Shown here piece by piece: positions 39,767 to 49,524 of a DNA stretch of 64,000 nt. The stretch covers positions 68,768 through 132,767 of the forward strand of contig CAMRUG010000001.1 of the NCBI GenBank assembly GCA_947053925.1, given 5' to 3'. The position numbers were made by a program, and so were the translations under genes. The notes below the pieces were generated by a model. It did no database searches. It was not told where the DNA came from and saw only the letters and a program-made list of their open reading frames with translations. Within the stretch, counting starts at the first letter, position 1. Every line of letters begins with the position of its first letter. The DNA is from an uncultured Clostridia bacterium. GTDB lineage: Bacteria > Bacillota > Clostridia > Christensenellales > CAG-314.

Positions 39767-40297
39767 ATGAATGTACTTGACTATATAATTTTAGCCGCCG
39801 TTGTGCTGGGTATCGTTTTCGGCATAATTAAAGGGTTTTTAAAATTGCTTTTCTCTGTTTTGGGCGTGTTTGTCGTATCCATCGGAACGGCTACTGCCGC
39901 GCCCTATGTACAGAAGTGGTTTGAAAAATCAATCGAAAACGAATACACCCGCGCAGTAGTAGCAATGATAATCGCTTTGGTCGTAATCTTGGTAGTATAT
40001 ATTTTGTTGGCATTGCTTGTAACAAAACTACTTACCAAAAACAAAACTATAAACGTTGTCAACCGTCTTGTGGGCGGCTTGATAGGCGTTGTAATGGTTT
40101 ATATGATTTTTGCGGTAATTACAGCATTGATAATAAACACCTCTCCCGAGTTTTTAAAACATATCAAAGACGGTATAGGCAGCGAATTCGTCAACAGTTG
40201 GATTGTACAGCATATTTACAAAAACAACTTTTTCGGCAAATGGATAATTGAAGATATAGCGTTAAAACTTCTTAATACCGTTAAGCCTGCGGGTTAA
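39767..40297 (+). CDS. CvpA (colicin V production) family membrane protein
   Basis: MNVLDYII...GIIKGF, NRLVGGLIG, four TMs. Confidence 0.85.
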   Translation: MNVLDYIILAAVVLGIVFGIIKGFLKLLFSVLGVFVVSIGTATAAPYVQKWFEKSIENEYTRAVVAMIIALVVILVVYILLALLVTKLLTKNKTINVVNRLVGGLIGVVMVYMIFAVITALIINTSPEFLKHIKDGIGSEFVNSWIVQHIYKNNFFGKWIIEDIALKLLNTVKPAG

Positions 40298-40596
40298 ATA
40301 TTGATTTATATGCGTCCTTAAATTTTTACAAAACTTAACGGGCGCATTTTTTATGCGGCAATTTTAATAAGGTATACACTTAATTAGATACACGTTAAGC
40401 GGAAAACATTTTGCCGCCCATAGAGGTTGTGTTTTAAGTTGTATGTTGAAGAGCAGTTAAAGCAAGCGCGTTTTTTACATATCACGACAAATAATAAAAA
40501 AATTTCATAATAAATGATTAAATATTTGCTTGACGGGTACGCCTACGGCGTGATAGTATAATGTCATAAAAATAAAATACAAGGAGGTGAGCAAAC

Positions 40597-40671
40597 GTGA
40601 AGAAACTTAATATATGTTACAATCAAAATAATTTCAACATTGCGGAAGCCGTTTGCTCGCCGATTTTTTAA
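40597..40671 (+). CDS. Putative leader peptide MKKLNICYNQNNFNIAEAVCSPIF
   Basis: Perfect AAGGAGGTG RBS, GTG start, followed by a terminator upstream of the ABC exporter. Confidence 0.6.
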   Translation: MKKLNICYNQNNFNIAEAVCSPIF

Positions 40672-40702
40672 CGTAGCAAAGAAAATAGATTACTGATTTT
40701 TA

Positions 40703-40741
40703 GTGCGCTTCCCTAGTTAATACGGAAAGCGCATTTTTTTG
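40703..40741 (+). terminator. Attenuator-type terminator in the 5' leader of the ABC exporter
   Basis: GTGCGCTTCCC...GGAAAGCGCAT plus T8. Confidence 0.75.
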
Positions 40742-40898
40742 CATTTCGGCGCATAGTTCAATCGTTAGTTGACGGCTAAAAGTACCGACTCAATAGTTAG
40801 TTGATTGATCAGGGCTTATTGTATGTGTTAAACTTTCCGTGCAGGACTCATTACTCTCAAATTCTGCTTAAGAGTCCTAGGCAGTCAAGGAACTTTTT

Positions 40899-42620
40899 AT
40901 GAAGCATTTATTGAAATTTATCAAACCTTTTTATAAAGAGATTATATTGCTTATGATACTGTATGCGGCGTCAACGCTGTGCGCGCTGTTTATGCCGTAC
41001 GTTATGAGTAATATAGTTGAGTTTGGTATAAAGTTAAACGACTTGAATTACATACTCAAAGAGGGTGCAATAATGATTGCGCTTGCTTTTGCCGCGCTTA
41101 CTTGTGCGCTAATAACTAACCGTGTTTCAAGCAACTTTTCTTCCAAAATTGCCGTTAATATGCGCAAAGTGGTGTTCAACAAGGTAAATACGCTTACTTT
41201 CGAACAGTTTTCGGAAATCGGTACAGGCAGTCTTATTACCCGTACTACGGACGATATAGGCTGGATGGAAGAAACCATTTCGCAAATACCTTACGTTATG
41301 ATAACCTGTCCTATTATGTTTGTCGGCGGAATTGCATTGTCCTTTAAAGGCGACTGGGTATTGCCGCTGATATTGCTAGGCGTATCAGTCGTGGTATTGG
41401 TTATAACAACGCTCATTACAAGCAGTCTCGAAAAGCACTGGCAGCGCGGCGACGAGTATACGGACGTACAAAACCGTATGATTCGCGAACGTCTGTCGGG
41501 GGTACGCGTTGTTCGCGCTTTCGATAAGGACGCTTACGAGCACAAACGTACAGCAAAAGCCACAAGCGAAATGTGCAACAGTTTTGTCAAGGCAAATACT
41601 ATAAGCGGGTTGGTAAGTCCTATTGCGTCGTTGTTTTTGAACATTGCAACGGTTGTTGTGATATATGTGGGAGCAATACGCGTACAGTCCAGCGCAACAC
41701 TTAAAGCAGGCGATATTCTTGCAACCATTCAGTATATTGCTTTGATTGCAAACGCTGTTTTGGTATTGTCTTGGACAATATCGTTTATTCCGCACGTTAA
41801 GGTAAGTATGCGCCGTATTTCTGCTATTTTAAATATAGACAATCAAGAAGAAGGCGCATCCGACGGAGAAGTTTTGGACGGAAATATTACGTTTGATGAC
41901 GTAAGTTTTGCTTACCCCAATGCTGTCGGCAATACGCTAAGCGGTATTTCTATGGATATTAAAAACGGCGAAATCATCGGCATAATCGGCGGTACGGGAA
42001 GCGGCAAAAGTACAATAGTCAAGTTACTTTTGGATTTTTATTCGACAACTGACGGAAAGCGACTTTTAGGCGGCAAAAATTACGCCGAATTAAATGCCGC
42101 AACGGTACGCGATAATATTTCTGTAGCGTTGCAAAAAAGTATGATTTTTGAAGGTACCGTGGCGGATAACGTACGTATGGGAGACAAGAGCGCAACAGAC
42201 GAGCAAGTATTGGAAGCGTTGAAAATTGCCCAAATGGAAGACTTTGTAAACAGCCATAACGAACGGCTCGACTACAAACTTACTCAGTCGGGAAGTAACA
42301 TTTCCGGCGGTCAAAAACAGCGTATCAATATTGCGCGCGCAATAATCAAGCCTGCATCGGTGTATATTTTCGATGACAGTTTTTCTGCATTGGATTATCT
42401 GACCGAGGCAAACTTGCGCAAAGAACTCAACAGGTATCTTAAAGATAAAACACAAATAATAATTACCCAGCGTTCGGCAACGGCAATGCGTTGCGACAAG
42501 GTGTATGTCTTAGACAGCGGCAAGGTCGTAGGAACGGGCACGCACAAGGAACTGCTTGTAACTTGTCCTACTTACAAGGAAATATACGACAGTCAAATGG
42601 GAGGCGGTAACAATGAGTAA
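40899..42620 (+). CDS. Heterodimeric ABC exporter subunit (TMD+NBD, degenerate site)
   Basis: GSLITRTTDD, GGTGSGKST, ISGGQKQR, degenerate Walker B IFDDSFSALD, TQR switch. Confidence 0.92.
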   Translation: MKHLLKFIKPFYKEIILLMILYAASTLCALFMPYVMSNIVEFGIKLNDLNYILKEGAIMIALAFAALTCALITNRVSSNFSSKIAVNMRKVVFNKVNTLTFEQFSEIGTGSLITRTTDDIGWMEETISQIPYVMITCPIMFVGGIALSFKGDWVLPLILLGVSVVVLVITTLITSSLEKHWQRGDEYTDVQNRMIRERLSGVRVVRAFDKDAYEHKRTAKATSEMCNSFVKANTISGLVSPIASLFLNIATVVVIYVGAIRVQSSATLKAGDILATIQYIALIANAVLVLSWTISFIPHVKVSMRRISAILNIDNQEEGASDGEVLDGNITFDDVSFAYPNAVGNTLSGISMDIKNGEIIGIIGGTGSGKSTIVKLLLDFYSTTDGKRLLGGKNYAELNAATVRDNISVALQKSMIFEGTVADNVRMGDKSATDEQVLEALKIAQMEDFVNSHNERLDYKLTQSGSNISGGQKQRINIARAIIKPASVYIFDDSFSALDYLTEANLRKELNRYLKDKTQIIITQRSATAMRCDKVYVLDSGKVVGTGTHKELLVTCPTYKEIYDSQMGGGNNE

Positions 42621-44406
42621 AACAAAGCCTTCTCAAAACAAAGTAAAAAAGGAATATTCCGCGTGGCGTACAATTAAAAGACTTGTGCGCGATCTAAAAC
42701 CTATTGCGTGGGCAATAGCGATTGCGGCGGCCATTTGTTGCGTGTCGGTATGGCTAGGTGTACTTGCGCCCGAAATTGTCAACCAACTTACAAATATGAT
42801 ATACGACTACGGCGCGAACGGCGTTGCGATAGATATTGAACTTCTGTCCGATTTGTCGGTTAATCTGGCGTTGGCGTATGCGGGTTCGTCTATGCTGCAA
42901 ATTGCAATGACTGTTCTTATGACTAATATTGCGTCGCGGTTTTATACCAAAGGTCTGCGTACCCGTATAAGCGACAAACTGCAACGGCTTCCCGTAAGTT
43001 TTGTAGACAATACGCCGAACGGCGAAATTTTGTCGCGTATGATGAATGACGTAGGCAATATGTCAAATACCGTCTATGTAATTATCGAAACTCTGCTAAA
43101 CGGATTTGTCCGCATAATAGCAATTACTTACTGCCTGTATGCTATCAACTGGATACTTGCAACCGCGGTTGTGGTGCTTGTTCCGCTTTCGATAGTTCTG
43201 TCTGCGTTTATATCTTCTAAAAGCGAAAAGAGCTGGCACGATTTCCGCAAAGTCAACGGCAATTTGTACGCCTTTATAGAAGAAGATTATACTGGTTTCG
43301 ATACGGTCAAGGCGTTTAATCTAGAGGACAGACAGCGTAAAATCTGCGATGAAATTTCCGAAAACTACCGTCAAAAAGTCCGCCGCGGATACTACTTGTC
43401 GGGATTGATTCAGCCCATTATTGCATTGACGAACAATATCGCGTATGTTGCCGTTTGTATTGCCGGCGGTTTGCTTGCAATAAACAACATTGTAAAAGTA
43501 GGCGACGTTATGGAAGTAATACTGCTTGCCAAAATGTTTGCAGGACCGCTTGAAAGTATTGCAAACGGTATGGGCTCCGTACAGCATACGCTTGCCTGCG
43601 CTAACCGCGTTTATGCGCTTCTCGACAGAGAAGAAATGTCTCCTGCAACGTCTGACGAAGTACCTGACGGAAAGGGCGAAGTGGAGTTTAAACACGTTTA
43701 CTTTGCATATACGCAGGATAAGCCGCTAATAAAAGACTTGAATCTCAAAGTAAAAGCAGGGCAGAAAGTCGCGCTTGTAGGACCTACGGGCGGAGGCAAA
43801 ACAACGGTTGTTAACTTACTTATGCGCTTTTACGACATCGATAAAGGAACGATTACTATCGACGCTATTGATACTTCAACGATGGACAGGGCAAAACTGC
43901 GCGAACAATTCGGTATGGTGTTGCAGGACACTTGGCTTTTTAACGGTACGGTTTACGATAATATCGCTTACGGCAAGGAAAACGCGACCTTAGAGGAAGT
44001 TAAAGCCGCGGCTCGCCAAGCGCACGCCGATACCTTTATCGAAACACTGCCGCAAGGGTACGACACGGTTATAAACGAAGAAAGTACCAATATAAGCAGC
44101 GGACAAAAGCAACTCTTGACCATTGCCAGAAGTTACCTTGCCAACCGCAAAATGCTAATTTTGGACGAAGCGACAAGTAACGTAGATACGCGCACGGAAA
44201 TTCTTATTCAGCGCGCAATGGACGAATTGCTCAAAGGCCGCACGAGTTTCGTAATTGCGCACCGTTTGTCTACAATCGTAAACTCCGACGTAATTCTGGT
44301 AATAAACGACGGCGAAGTCGTCGAACAGGGTACGCACAAAGAACTGATGGCGAAAAAAGGTTTTTATACCAAAATTTACAACAGTCAATACGAATTATTG
44401 AAGTAA
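42613..44406 (+). CDS. Heterodimeric ABC exporter subunit (TMD+NBD, consensus site)
   Basis: GEILSRMMND, GPTGGGKTT, ISSGQKQLL, ILDEATSNVD, AHRLST. Confidence 0.92.
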   Translation: MSKTKPSQNKVKKEYSAWRTIKRLVRDLKPIAWAIAIAAAICCVSVWLGVLAPEIVNQLTNMIYDYGANGVAIDIELLSDLSVNLALAYAGSSMLQIAMTVLMTNIASRFYTKGLRTRISDKLQRLPVSFVDNTPNGEILSRMMNDVGNMSNTVYVIIETLLNGFVRIIAITYCLYAINWILATAVVVLVPLSIVLSAFISSKSEKSWHDFRKVNGNLYAFIEEDYTGFDTVKAFNLEDRQRKICDEISENYRQKVRRGYYLSGLIQPIIALTNNIAYVAVCIAGGLLAINNIVKVGDVMEVILLAKMFAGPLESIANGMGSVQHTLACANRVYALLDREEMSPATSDEVPDGKGEVEFKHVYFAYTQDKPLIKDLNLKVKAGQKVALVGPTGGGKTTVVNLLMRFYDIDKGTITIDAIDTSTMDRAKLREQFGMVLQDTWLFNGTVYDNIAYGKENATLEEVKAAARQAHADTFIETLPQGYDTVINEESTNISSGQKQLLTIARSYLANRKMLILDEATSNVDTRTEILIQRAMDELLKGRTSFVIAHRLSTIVNSDVILVINDGEVVEQGTHKELMAKKGFYTKIYNSQYELLK

Positions 44407-44423
44407 CGAATAACGTGAATTAA

Positions 44424-44457
44424 AAAGGGCGACGGAAGTTGATTTTCGTCGCCTTTT
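44424..44457. terminator. Bidirectional terminator
   Basis: AAAGGGCGACGGAA...TTTCGTCGCCTTTT. Confidence 0.7.
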
Positions 44458-44659
44458 ACATATCGTCGCGTAATTCCAACAGATAATCCGTTGATACTTT
44501 GTATATTTGCGACAATTTTATTAAGTATTCTATAGGTAAGTCTCTTACTCCGTTTTCGTATTGCGAGTAAGTGTTTTGCTTTATCAGTAGCATTTCCGCT
44601 AATTTTTGTTGACTGTATCCGTATTCTTCTCGCAATTCTTTAAGTCTTGGTAGTTTCAT
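44456..44659 (-). CDS. XRE/Cro-CI family HTH regulator
   Basis: RLKELREE..SQQKLAEML.IKQNTYSQYENG.R...IEYLIKLS.IY.VSTDYLL. Confidence 0.92.
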   Translation of the reverse strand: MKLPRLKELREEYGYSQQKLAEMLLIKQNTYSQYENGVRDLPIEYLIKLSQIYKVSTDYLLELRDDM

Positions 44660-44719
44660 TTATTATCCTTGTAGTTTTGATGCTAATTTAAGTATTTAAA
44701 AGATAATTCTATTATAAAA

Positions 44720-44764
44720 ATCTCACAATGAGATGTTGACATATATCTCATTTTGAGATATATT
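44720..44764. promoter_or_regulatory. Twin palindromic operators flanking a SigA -35
   Basis: ATCTCA-caa-TGAGAT (44720-34) and ATCTCA-ttt-TGAGAT (44745-59); TTGACA 44736-41, 17 nt, TATATT 44759-64. Confidence 0.8.
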
Positions 44765-44793
44765 TATTCCGTCAATAAATGAGGAGAAAGATT

Positions 44794-45066
44794 ATGGAAA
44801 ACGACAGAAAAAAGTGTAATTTATGTAAGCAGTTGCAAAGATTTTTTAAAAAAGGAAGCGTACATTTTAGCAAAACCGATTACGGTTTCTGTTACAGACA
44901 TAAAAAAATCGTTTATGTAAAGGATACTTGCGATAACTTCGAGTATGGTTCTCGCAGGCATATACTTAACAAACATACAAGATACTATCTAGATAAATTA
45001 TTGTTGGAAATAAGCGCATTGCGTTGTATAATCGAAGAACAAACAAGGGACTTGACCGATGAATAA
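44794..45066 (+). CDS. Small C-x2-C-x21-C-x12-C protein (paralog 1)
   Basis: GAGGAG RBS before ATG 44794; four-Cys motif plus C-terminal amphipathic helix. Confidence 0.75.
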   Translation: MENDRKKCNLCKQLQRFFKKGSVHFSKTDYGFCYRHKKIVYVKDTCDNFEYGSRRHILNKHTRYYLDKLLLEISALRCIIEEQTRDLTDE

Positions 45067-45289
45067 GTGCTTGTTATGCGGCGCGCGGAAACAGTTATAC
45101 AGACTGGGTTTTGTGTGTATGTGGGATACCAAGACTTACTATTGCGAAGTTTTAAACAAAATAATTGACTCCGAAATGGAATGTGAATTTTGGCGCCCTA
45201 AGCAAACGGATGTCGATATATCTGCCGAACGTTTAGACGCCGCAATAGAAGATATAAAATTTATACTAAGCCGTATAGATGACGAATAA
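45059..45289 (+). CDS. Small C-x2-C-x21-C-x12-C protein (paralog 2)
   Basis: Overlaps the previous stop; identical Cys spacing. Confidence 0.75.
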   Translation: MNKCLLCGARKQLYRLGFVCMWDTKTYYCEVLNKIIDSEMECEFWRPKQTDVDISAERLDAAIEDIKFILSRIDDE

Positions 45290-45539
45290 AAAAGGATTTA
45301 TTGTTAAGTTATCACAGGTAACGGACTTCTAATAGAGGTATATATCTTGTAAACAAGGCAGCGTGTCTGTTTTACTTTGTTGTATCAGTATGGTATAATA
45401 TATCGTATAAGTGTTGTTAAACACTTACTTAACCGACGTTTGCTCAAAAGGATATAATTGTATATAGACATACTTAAATTTGAATACACGTGCCAGTATA
45501 TCTAATAGATAAAAGGCGATTTGGCAAGGAGAAAAATTT

Positions 45540-46394
45540 ATGCTTCGGGTTTGTTCAGAAAAAGAGTTAAAAAAATATGCGGACTTTGCGTACAATCTTG
45601 CAACAGACCCGACAAAATCCGGCTACCCCTCTTACAGCGACGGAATCAAGACGAAAGAAATGTTTGTTAAGCGTTTGGAAGAGGCTTTTTCGCAAGACAC
45701 GGAAGAAATTCTTCTTTTTGAATTGGGAGGAGTAGTTGAAGGCTTGATACATTACTACTTTCTGCCGTCAGATAAGTACTTGTCTACCGTAAGTTTTAAT
45801 ATCGGTTCGCATACTGATCAAGCCTTGAAGGAGTTTTTAAAATTTGCGGAGTCGCAATTTAAAGGGTACGAATTGTTTTTAGGTTATTCGGTTAAAAACA
45901 AACAAGCCATTGAATTTCTATCTGCTCACGGATTTGAATTGATAGAAGAAGATAACAACTGCACGGGTTTACTCAAACAATATCAACCCGTTTACGTTGA
46001 CAGCAACATTGTTCGTGTAACAAAAGACAATTACAATGCTTTCCGAAAGATTCATAGCATAGCGGAAGACGATATGTACTGGAACTCGGACAGAATCTAT
46101 GCGGATATTGAGAATTGGTTCATTTTTGTAAAAATGCAAGGCAGTGATGCAGTCGGAAGCATCTACTATAATATTGTTGACGATGGCTGGTTTGAAATTT
46201 TCGGAATAGATTTAAAGGATAACATATTTGACGGGCAAGTCGTTTATGAACTTTTAGGAATTGCTATGAATACCGCAAAAGAAGCGGGAGGAACGTATAT
46301 GACATTTTTCTGCGGAGACGAGGAACAAAAGGTTGCCTGCGAACTCGGTTTTATTTGGGTAGACAAATATTTGTGCTACAAGAAACTGCTTTAA
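45540..46394 (+). CDS. Putative tandem GNAT-fold protein
   Basis: Two similar halves ending AIEFLSAHGFELI and VACELGFIWV, typical GNAT motif B; AAGGAG RBS. Confidence 0.55.
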   Translation: MLRVCSEKELKKYADFAYNLATDPTKSGYPSYSDGIKTKEMFVKRLEEAFSQDTEEILLFELGGVVEGLIHYYFLPSDKYLSTVSFNIGSHTDQALKEFLKFAESQFKGYELFLGYSVKNKQAIEFLSAHGFELIEEDNNCTGLLKQYQPVYVDSNIVRVTKDNYNAFRKIHSIAEDDMYWNSDRIYADIENWFIFVKMQGSDAVGSIYYNIVDDGWFEIFGIDLKDNIFDGQVVYELLGIAMNTAKEAGGTYMTFFCGDEEQKVACELGFIWVDKYLCYKKLL

Positions 46395-46418
46395 TAAATT
46401 ACAATTTATTTTGCAATC

Positions 46419-46456
46419 AAAAGGGAAGAAGATTTCTAAAATCTTCCTCCCTTTTT
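46419..46456. terminator. Bidirectional terminator
   Basis: AAAAGGGAAGAAGATTT...AAATCTTCCTCCCTTTT. Confidence 0.7.
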
Positions 46457-46493
46457 AATCTCTATGAGAATTGTCTTAAAAACCTTTCGGTGT

Positions 46494-47132
46494 TTATTTG
46501 ATTTCCTGCATTTGTCTGAGTGAAAATTCGCAGCCGCAGTAGTGCTGGCGGTAAAGACTGTATTTGTTAGAAAGCCGTATGCTTTCAAGGTATCCGCCGT
46601 GTTTTTTAAAGTCAGAGGAAAGCCATTTGACGGGGTCCGTTTGCAATGCTAAACCGATTTCGTTTAGCAGTTGGCTGTTTTTGTAGGGTGAAACGGTAAG
46701 GGTTGTGCCGAACAGGTCGAACCCGTGAGTTTGTGCGTAACGGAAAGTTTCTAAAAGCCGCAGTTTAAAACACTCCGTACACCGCGCCCCTCCCTCGCGT
46801 TCCTGTTCAAGACCTTTTGCCGCTTTGTAAAAATTATCCGCGCAAAGGGTCGTTTTAACTAACTTTAACTTGCGCAAGGGCTGCACTTCGAATTGTCCGC
46901 CGTTGACTATATCAACTAACTTAACTAACTCTGCAAGCCGTTTTGCGTGTTCGCCGCTGTCTGTTATGTTGTCGTTGGAGTAGTAAAGCGTTACGTCAAA
47001 GTAGGGCAAAACGCGTGTAAGACAGTATGTCGAGCAGGGCGCACAGCAAGCGTGCAACAGCAGTTTTGGCGGATTGTTTACGTCAACTGTATTTTTAAAT
47101 TGTTCAAACAAAATGTCGTTATTAACGTTCAT
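46494..47132 (-). CDS. queH: Epoxyqueuosine reductase QueH (DUF208)
   Basis: LLHACCAPCS, EREGGARCTECFKLRL, TTLTVSPYK, YRQHYCGCEFS. Confidence 0.93.
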   Translation of the reverse strand: MNVNNDILFEQFKNTVDVNNPPKLLLHACCAPCSTYCLTRVLPYFDVTLYYSNDNITDSGEHAKRLAELVKLVDIVNGGQFEVQPLRKLKLVKTTLCADNFYKAAKGLEQEREGGARCTECFKLRLLETFRYAQTHGFDLFGTTLTVSPYKNSQLLNEIGLALQTDPVKWLSSDFKKHGGYLESIRLSNKYSLYRQHYCGCEFSLRQMQEIK

Positions 47133-47300
47133 ATTTAAATTTTACTTTATTTCTGCCGTTTTTGCAACTGTTTATAATTTTCGATTTGGCGTTAGGACAA
47201 ATATATAAATTGCTTTTTAGTCGGCGAATGATAGGGGAAGTCAAAACAAAATATTGACATATTATTACAGAGCGGATATACTGGAGTTGGAGAAAGTATT

Positions 47301-48467
47301 ATGAAAAAATTCTGGCTTATTTTAGTATCAGTAATTTGTTTAGCAGTCTGTTTGCCCGTTTTGACGGCTTGCAACAACGGAACTGTTACGGCGTTGCTTG
47401 TGGGAGAAAATCTCGATTCGGCAGAAAAAACAATTAACTTGGGCGATTACGTTTACGGCAATGACAATGCAATTATTGCCGATATAAACGCATTGAAGTT
47501 TTGCACGGTTGACGACGGCGGCAATAAGCAAGGAATAAACGTTTCTAAACTTACAGCAACGTACACAGATGAGAATGGAAATTTGTTAAAAACAAGACCC
47601 GACAGACTGAGCGTAGGAGATTGGTCTATTCAATACGCCTACAGTGGGAAGTCCTGCGAAGTGCAGTGCCGTATAGAGTATTCGACCGCAGGTGCGTTCA
47701 CTGTAAGTTTGGAAAAGAACTCGTGGACGTATGGCGAAGCGTTACCGTCGGTAACCGTACGCAATCCCGACGGACAAACGGTTTCAATATTGTCAAACGA
47801 TGAATTGTCGCCAGACGATACAGATGTATCTGCCGAAAGTATAGGATACATGGGTATCAGAAAAGATTTGTATAACACGTTTAGCGAAGAGGAAGCAAAC
47901 GACAGTGAATTCTTGTCTTACATTTATTCTCAAGCGTATGAAGGAAAATACGCAGACAGAATTATTTGCAGTTTCGATTCGGACATAAGTTACAAATACC
48001 GTCCTGCAGAATACGTTTTAGTTGTTTTGATTGTACATACGTATAATTACCGTAATATCGCGTGTAAAACGGAATTTACCGTAAACTACGACCCTTCGGT
48101 TGCGGGTGTGGGATTTCTGCTTACGAATATCGAAACCGTCGGCGTAAACGAGGGAGATGAACCTACGCAGTATTTTGTTAAAATGGCGGAAGAATTATTC
48201 GAAAAACAAAGCGGACAGTTTTGCGGCATTGACTTTACTAGCGGCGGTAACGTTACCGGCGAGTGCGACTTGGGAACGGGAGAGTTGAGCCTTCTTAAAG
48301 GAAACGATGCCTTTACTTACCAAGAAAACAATCAAAACGGAACGGTAAACGTAGTAATGTCCAACAAAAACGGTGTAACGTTCACGGGAGTTTCGACCGG
48401 AGCAACGCTTACTTTAACGCGGCAAATGGACGATAATACGTTGATGGTATTTACGTTTATAAGGTAA
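47301..48467 (+). CDS. Hypothetical lipoprotein
   Basis: Signal peptide with lipobox LTAC; beta-rich extracellular sequence. Confidence 0.75.
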   Translation: MKKFWLILVSVICLAVCLPVLTACNNGTVTALLVGENLDSAEKTINLGDYVYGNDNAIIADINALKFCTVDDGGNKQGINVSKLTATYTDENGNLLKTRPDRLSVGDWSIQYAYSGKSCEVQCRIEYSTAGAFTVSLEKNSWTYGEALPSVTVRNPDGQTVSILSNDELSPDDTDVSAESIGYMGIRKDLYNTFSEEEANDSEFLSYIYSQAYEGKYADRIICSFDSDISYKYRPAEYVLVVLIVHTYNYRNIACKTEFTVNYDPSVAGVGFLLTNIETVGVNEGDEPTQYFVKMAEELFEKQSGQFCGIDFTSGGNVTGECDLGTGELSLLKGNDAFTYQENNQNGTVNVVMSNKNGVTFTGVSTGATLTLTRQMDDNTLMVFTFIR

Positions 48468-48476
48468 CGACAATTT

Positions 48477-48508
48477 AAAAGACCTTCGGCCAGTCCGAAG
48501 GTCTTTTT
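48477..48508 (+). terminator. Intrinsic terminator
   Basis: AAAAGACCTTCGG-ccagt-CCGAAGGTCTTTT. Confidence 0.8.
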
Positions 48509-48569
48509 GTGTTTTGCGTTGTTAATACCAACCAATTGATTATTACATATTCAATAGTAGGTTTCTTTA

Positions 48570-48623
48570 TTGTCGCCTTTTGCAACAAAAAATTGTCGAG
48601 ATACCGGTAGGCGAAGATAATTT
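48570..48623. repeat. Third copy of the 23197/23336 dispersed repeat
   Basis: TTGTCGCCTTTTGCAACAAAAAATTGTCGAG...GCGAAGATAATTT. Confidence 0.6.
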
Positions 48624-49217
48624 CTATTTCTTAATACGCACCCGTAAAGGTATGCCTAATTTATCGGCTAATTTTTGACACTCGGCAACGTCTTGTTCGC
48701 CAATGCTGTCAACAACGGAAAATACAACGTTGCCTCCCCTTTGTTTGCACAGTTTGGCAAATTCTATAATCGAATCGTAAGCGTTTATTCCGTAAATGCT
48801 TTTGCAGTGTTGTTGGTATTTTTGTGCGGTACTTTCGTTAAGAGAAACGTTTATAACGTCGCAACTGGTAACAATCAAGTCGGTAACGTCCTGCCCGTGT
48901 ATCAGGTTTGCCTGTCCGTTGGTGTTGATGCGCGTAGTCTTGTCTATACAGTGGAGATAACTTGCCACTTCGTCCAGCGTTTCAAGATTGTATGTCGGCT
49001 CGCCGTATCCGCAAAAAACAATTTCGTTATCGAAGTCGTCCAAATTTTGCGGCAATTGTTCTATTACGTCCTCTGCCGTCGGTTCTTCTTTTATCCACAA
49101 TACCGTCCCGTCCATATCTTTATGGTCGCGGCGTATGCAAAAGTCGCAGTTGTTGGTACAGCGGTTTGTAAGGTTAATGTAAATTTTGTTGCCTAATATG
49201 TAAACGTAATTATCCAT
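48624..49217 (-). CDS. TatD-associated radical SAM protein
   Basis: YINLTNRCTNNCDFCIR (CxxxCxxC), VFCGYGEP, RINTNG; next to tatD. Confidence 0.9.
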   Translation of the reverse strand: MDNYVYILGNKIYINLTNRCTNNCDFCIRRDHKDMDGTVLWIKEEPTAEDVIEQLPQNLDDFDNEIVFCGYGEPTYNLETLDEVASYLHCIDKTTRINTNGQANLIHGQDVTDLIVTSCDVINVSLNESTAQKYQQHCKSIYGINAYDSIIEFAKLCKQRGGNVVFSVVDSIGEQDVAECQKLADKLGIPLRVRIKK

Positions 49218-49524
49218 AATGTTATCTCTTTTATTTTTTTAACTCAATTCTCAATTCGTAATTTCGGTAGATATAATTTGACCGACAGTAAGCAATACAC
49301 TGTTAACTGCTATTATTGAATATGCTTTGTTTAGATTGCAAAATTGGTATAGTTACAAAATTTATGTAACTTGTTTACAACAATGAACGCAATATAAAAG
49401 CGTAACAAGCAATATGCTGTCAAACGAATAGTCAAAATAATTTTAACCATAATTATACATTGCGCATTACGCATTACGAATTGTATTTTCCCATTCTTTA
49501 CAAAGCAAATCGCTCTAATTTTAT

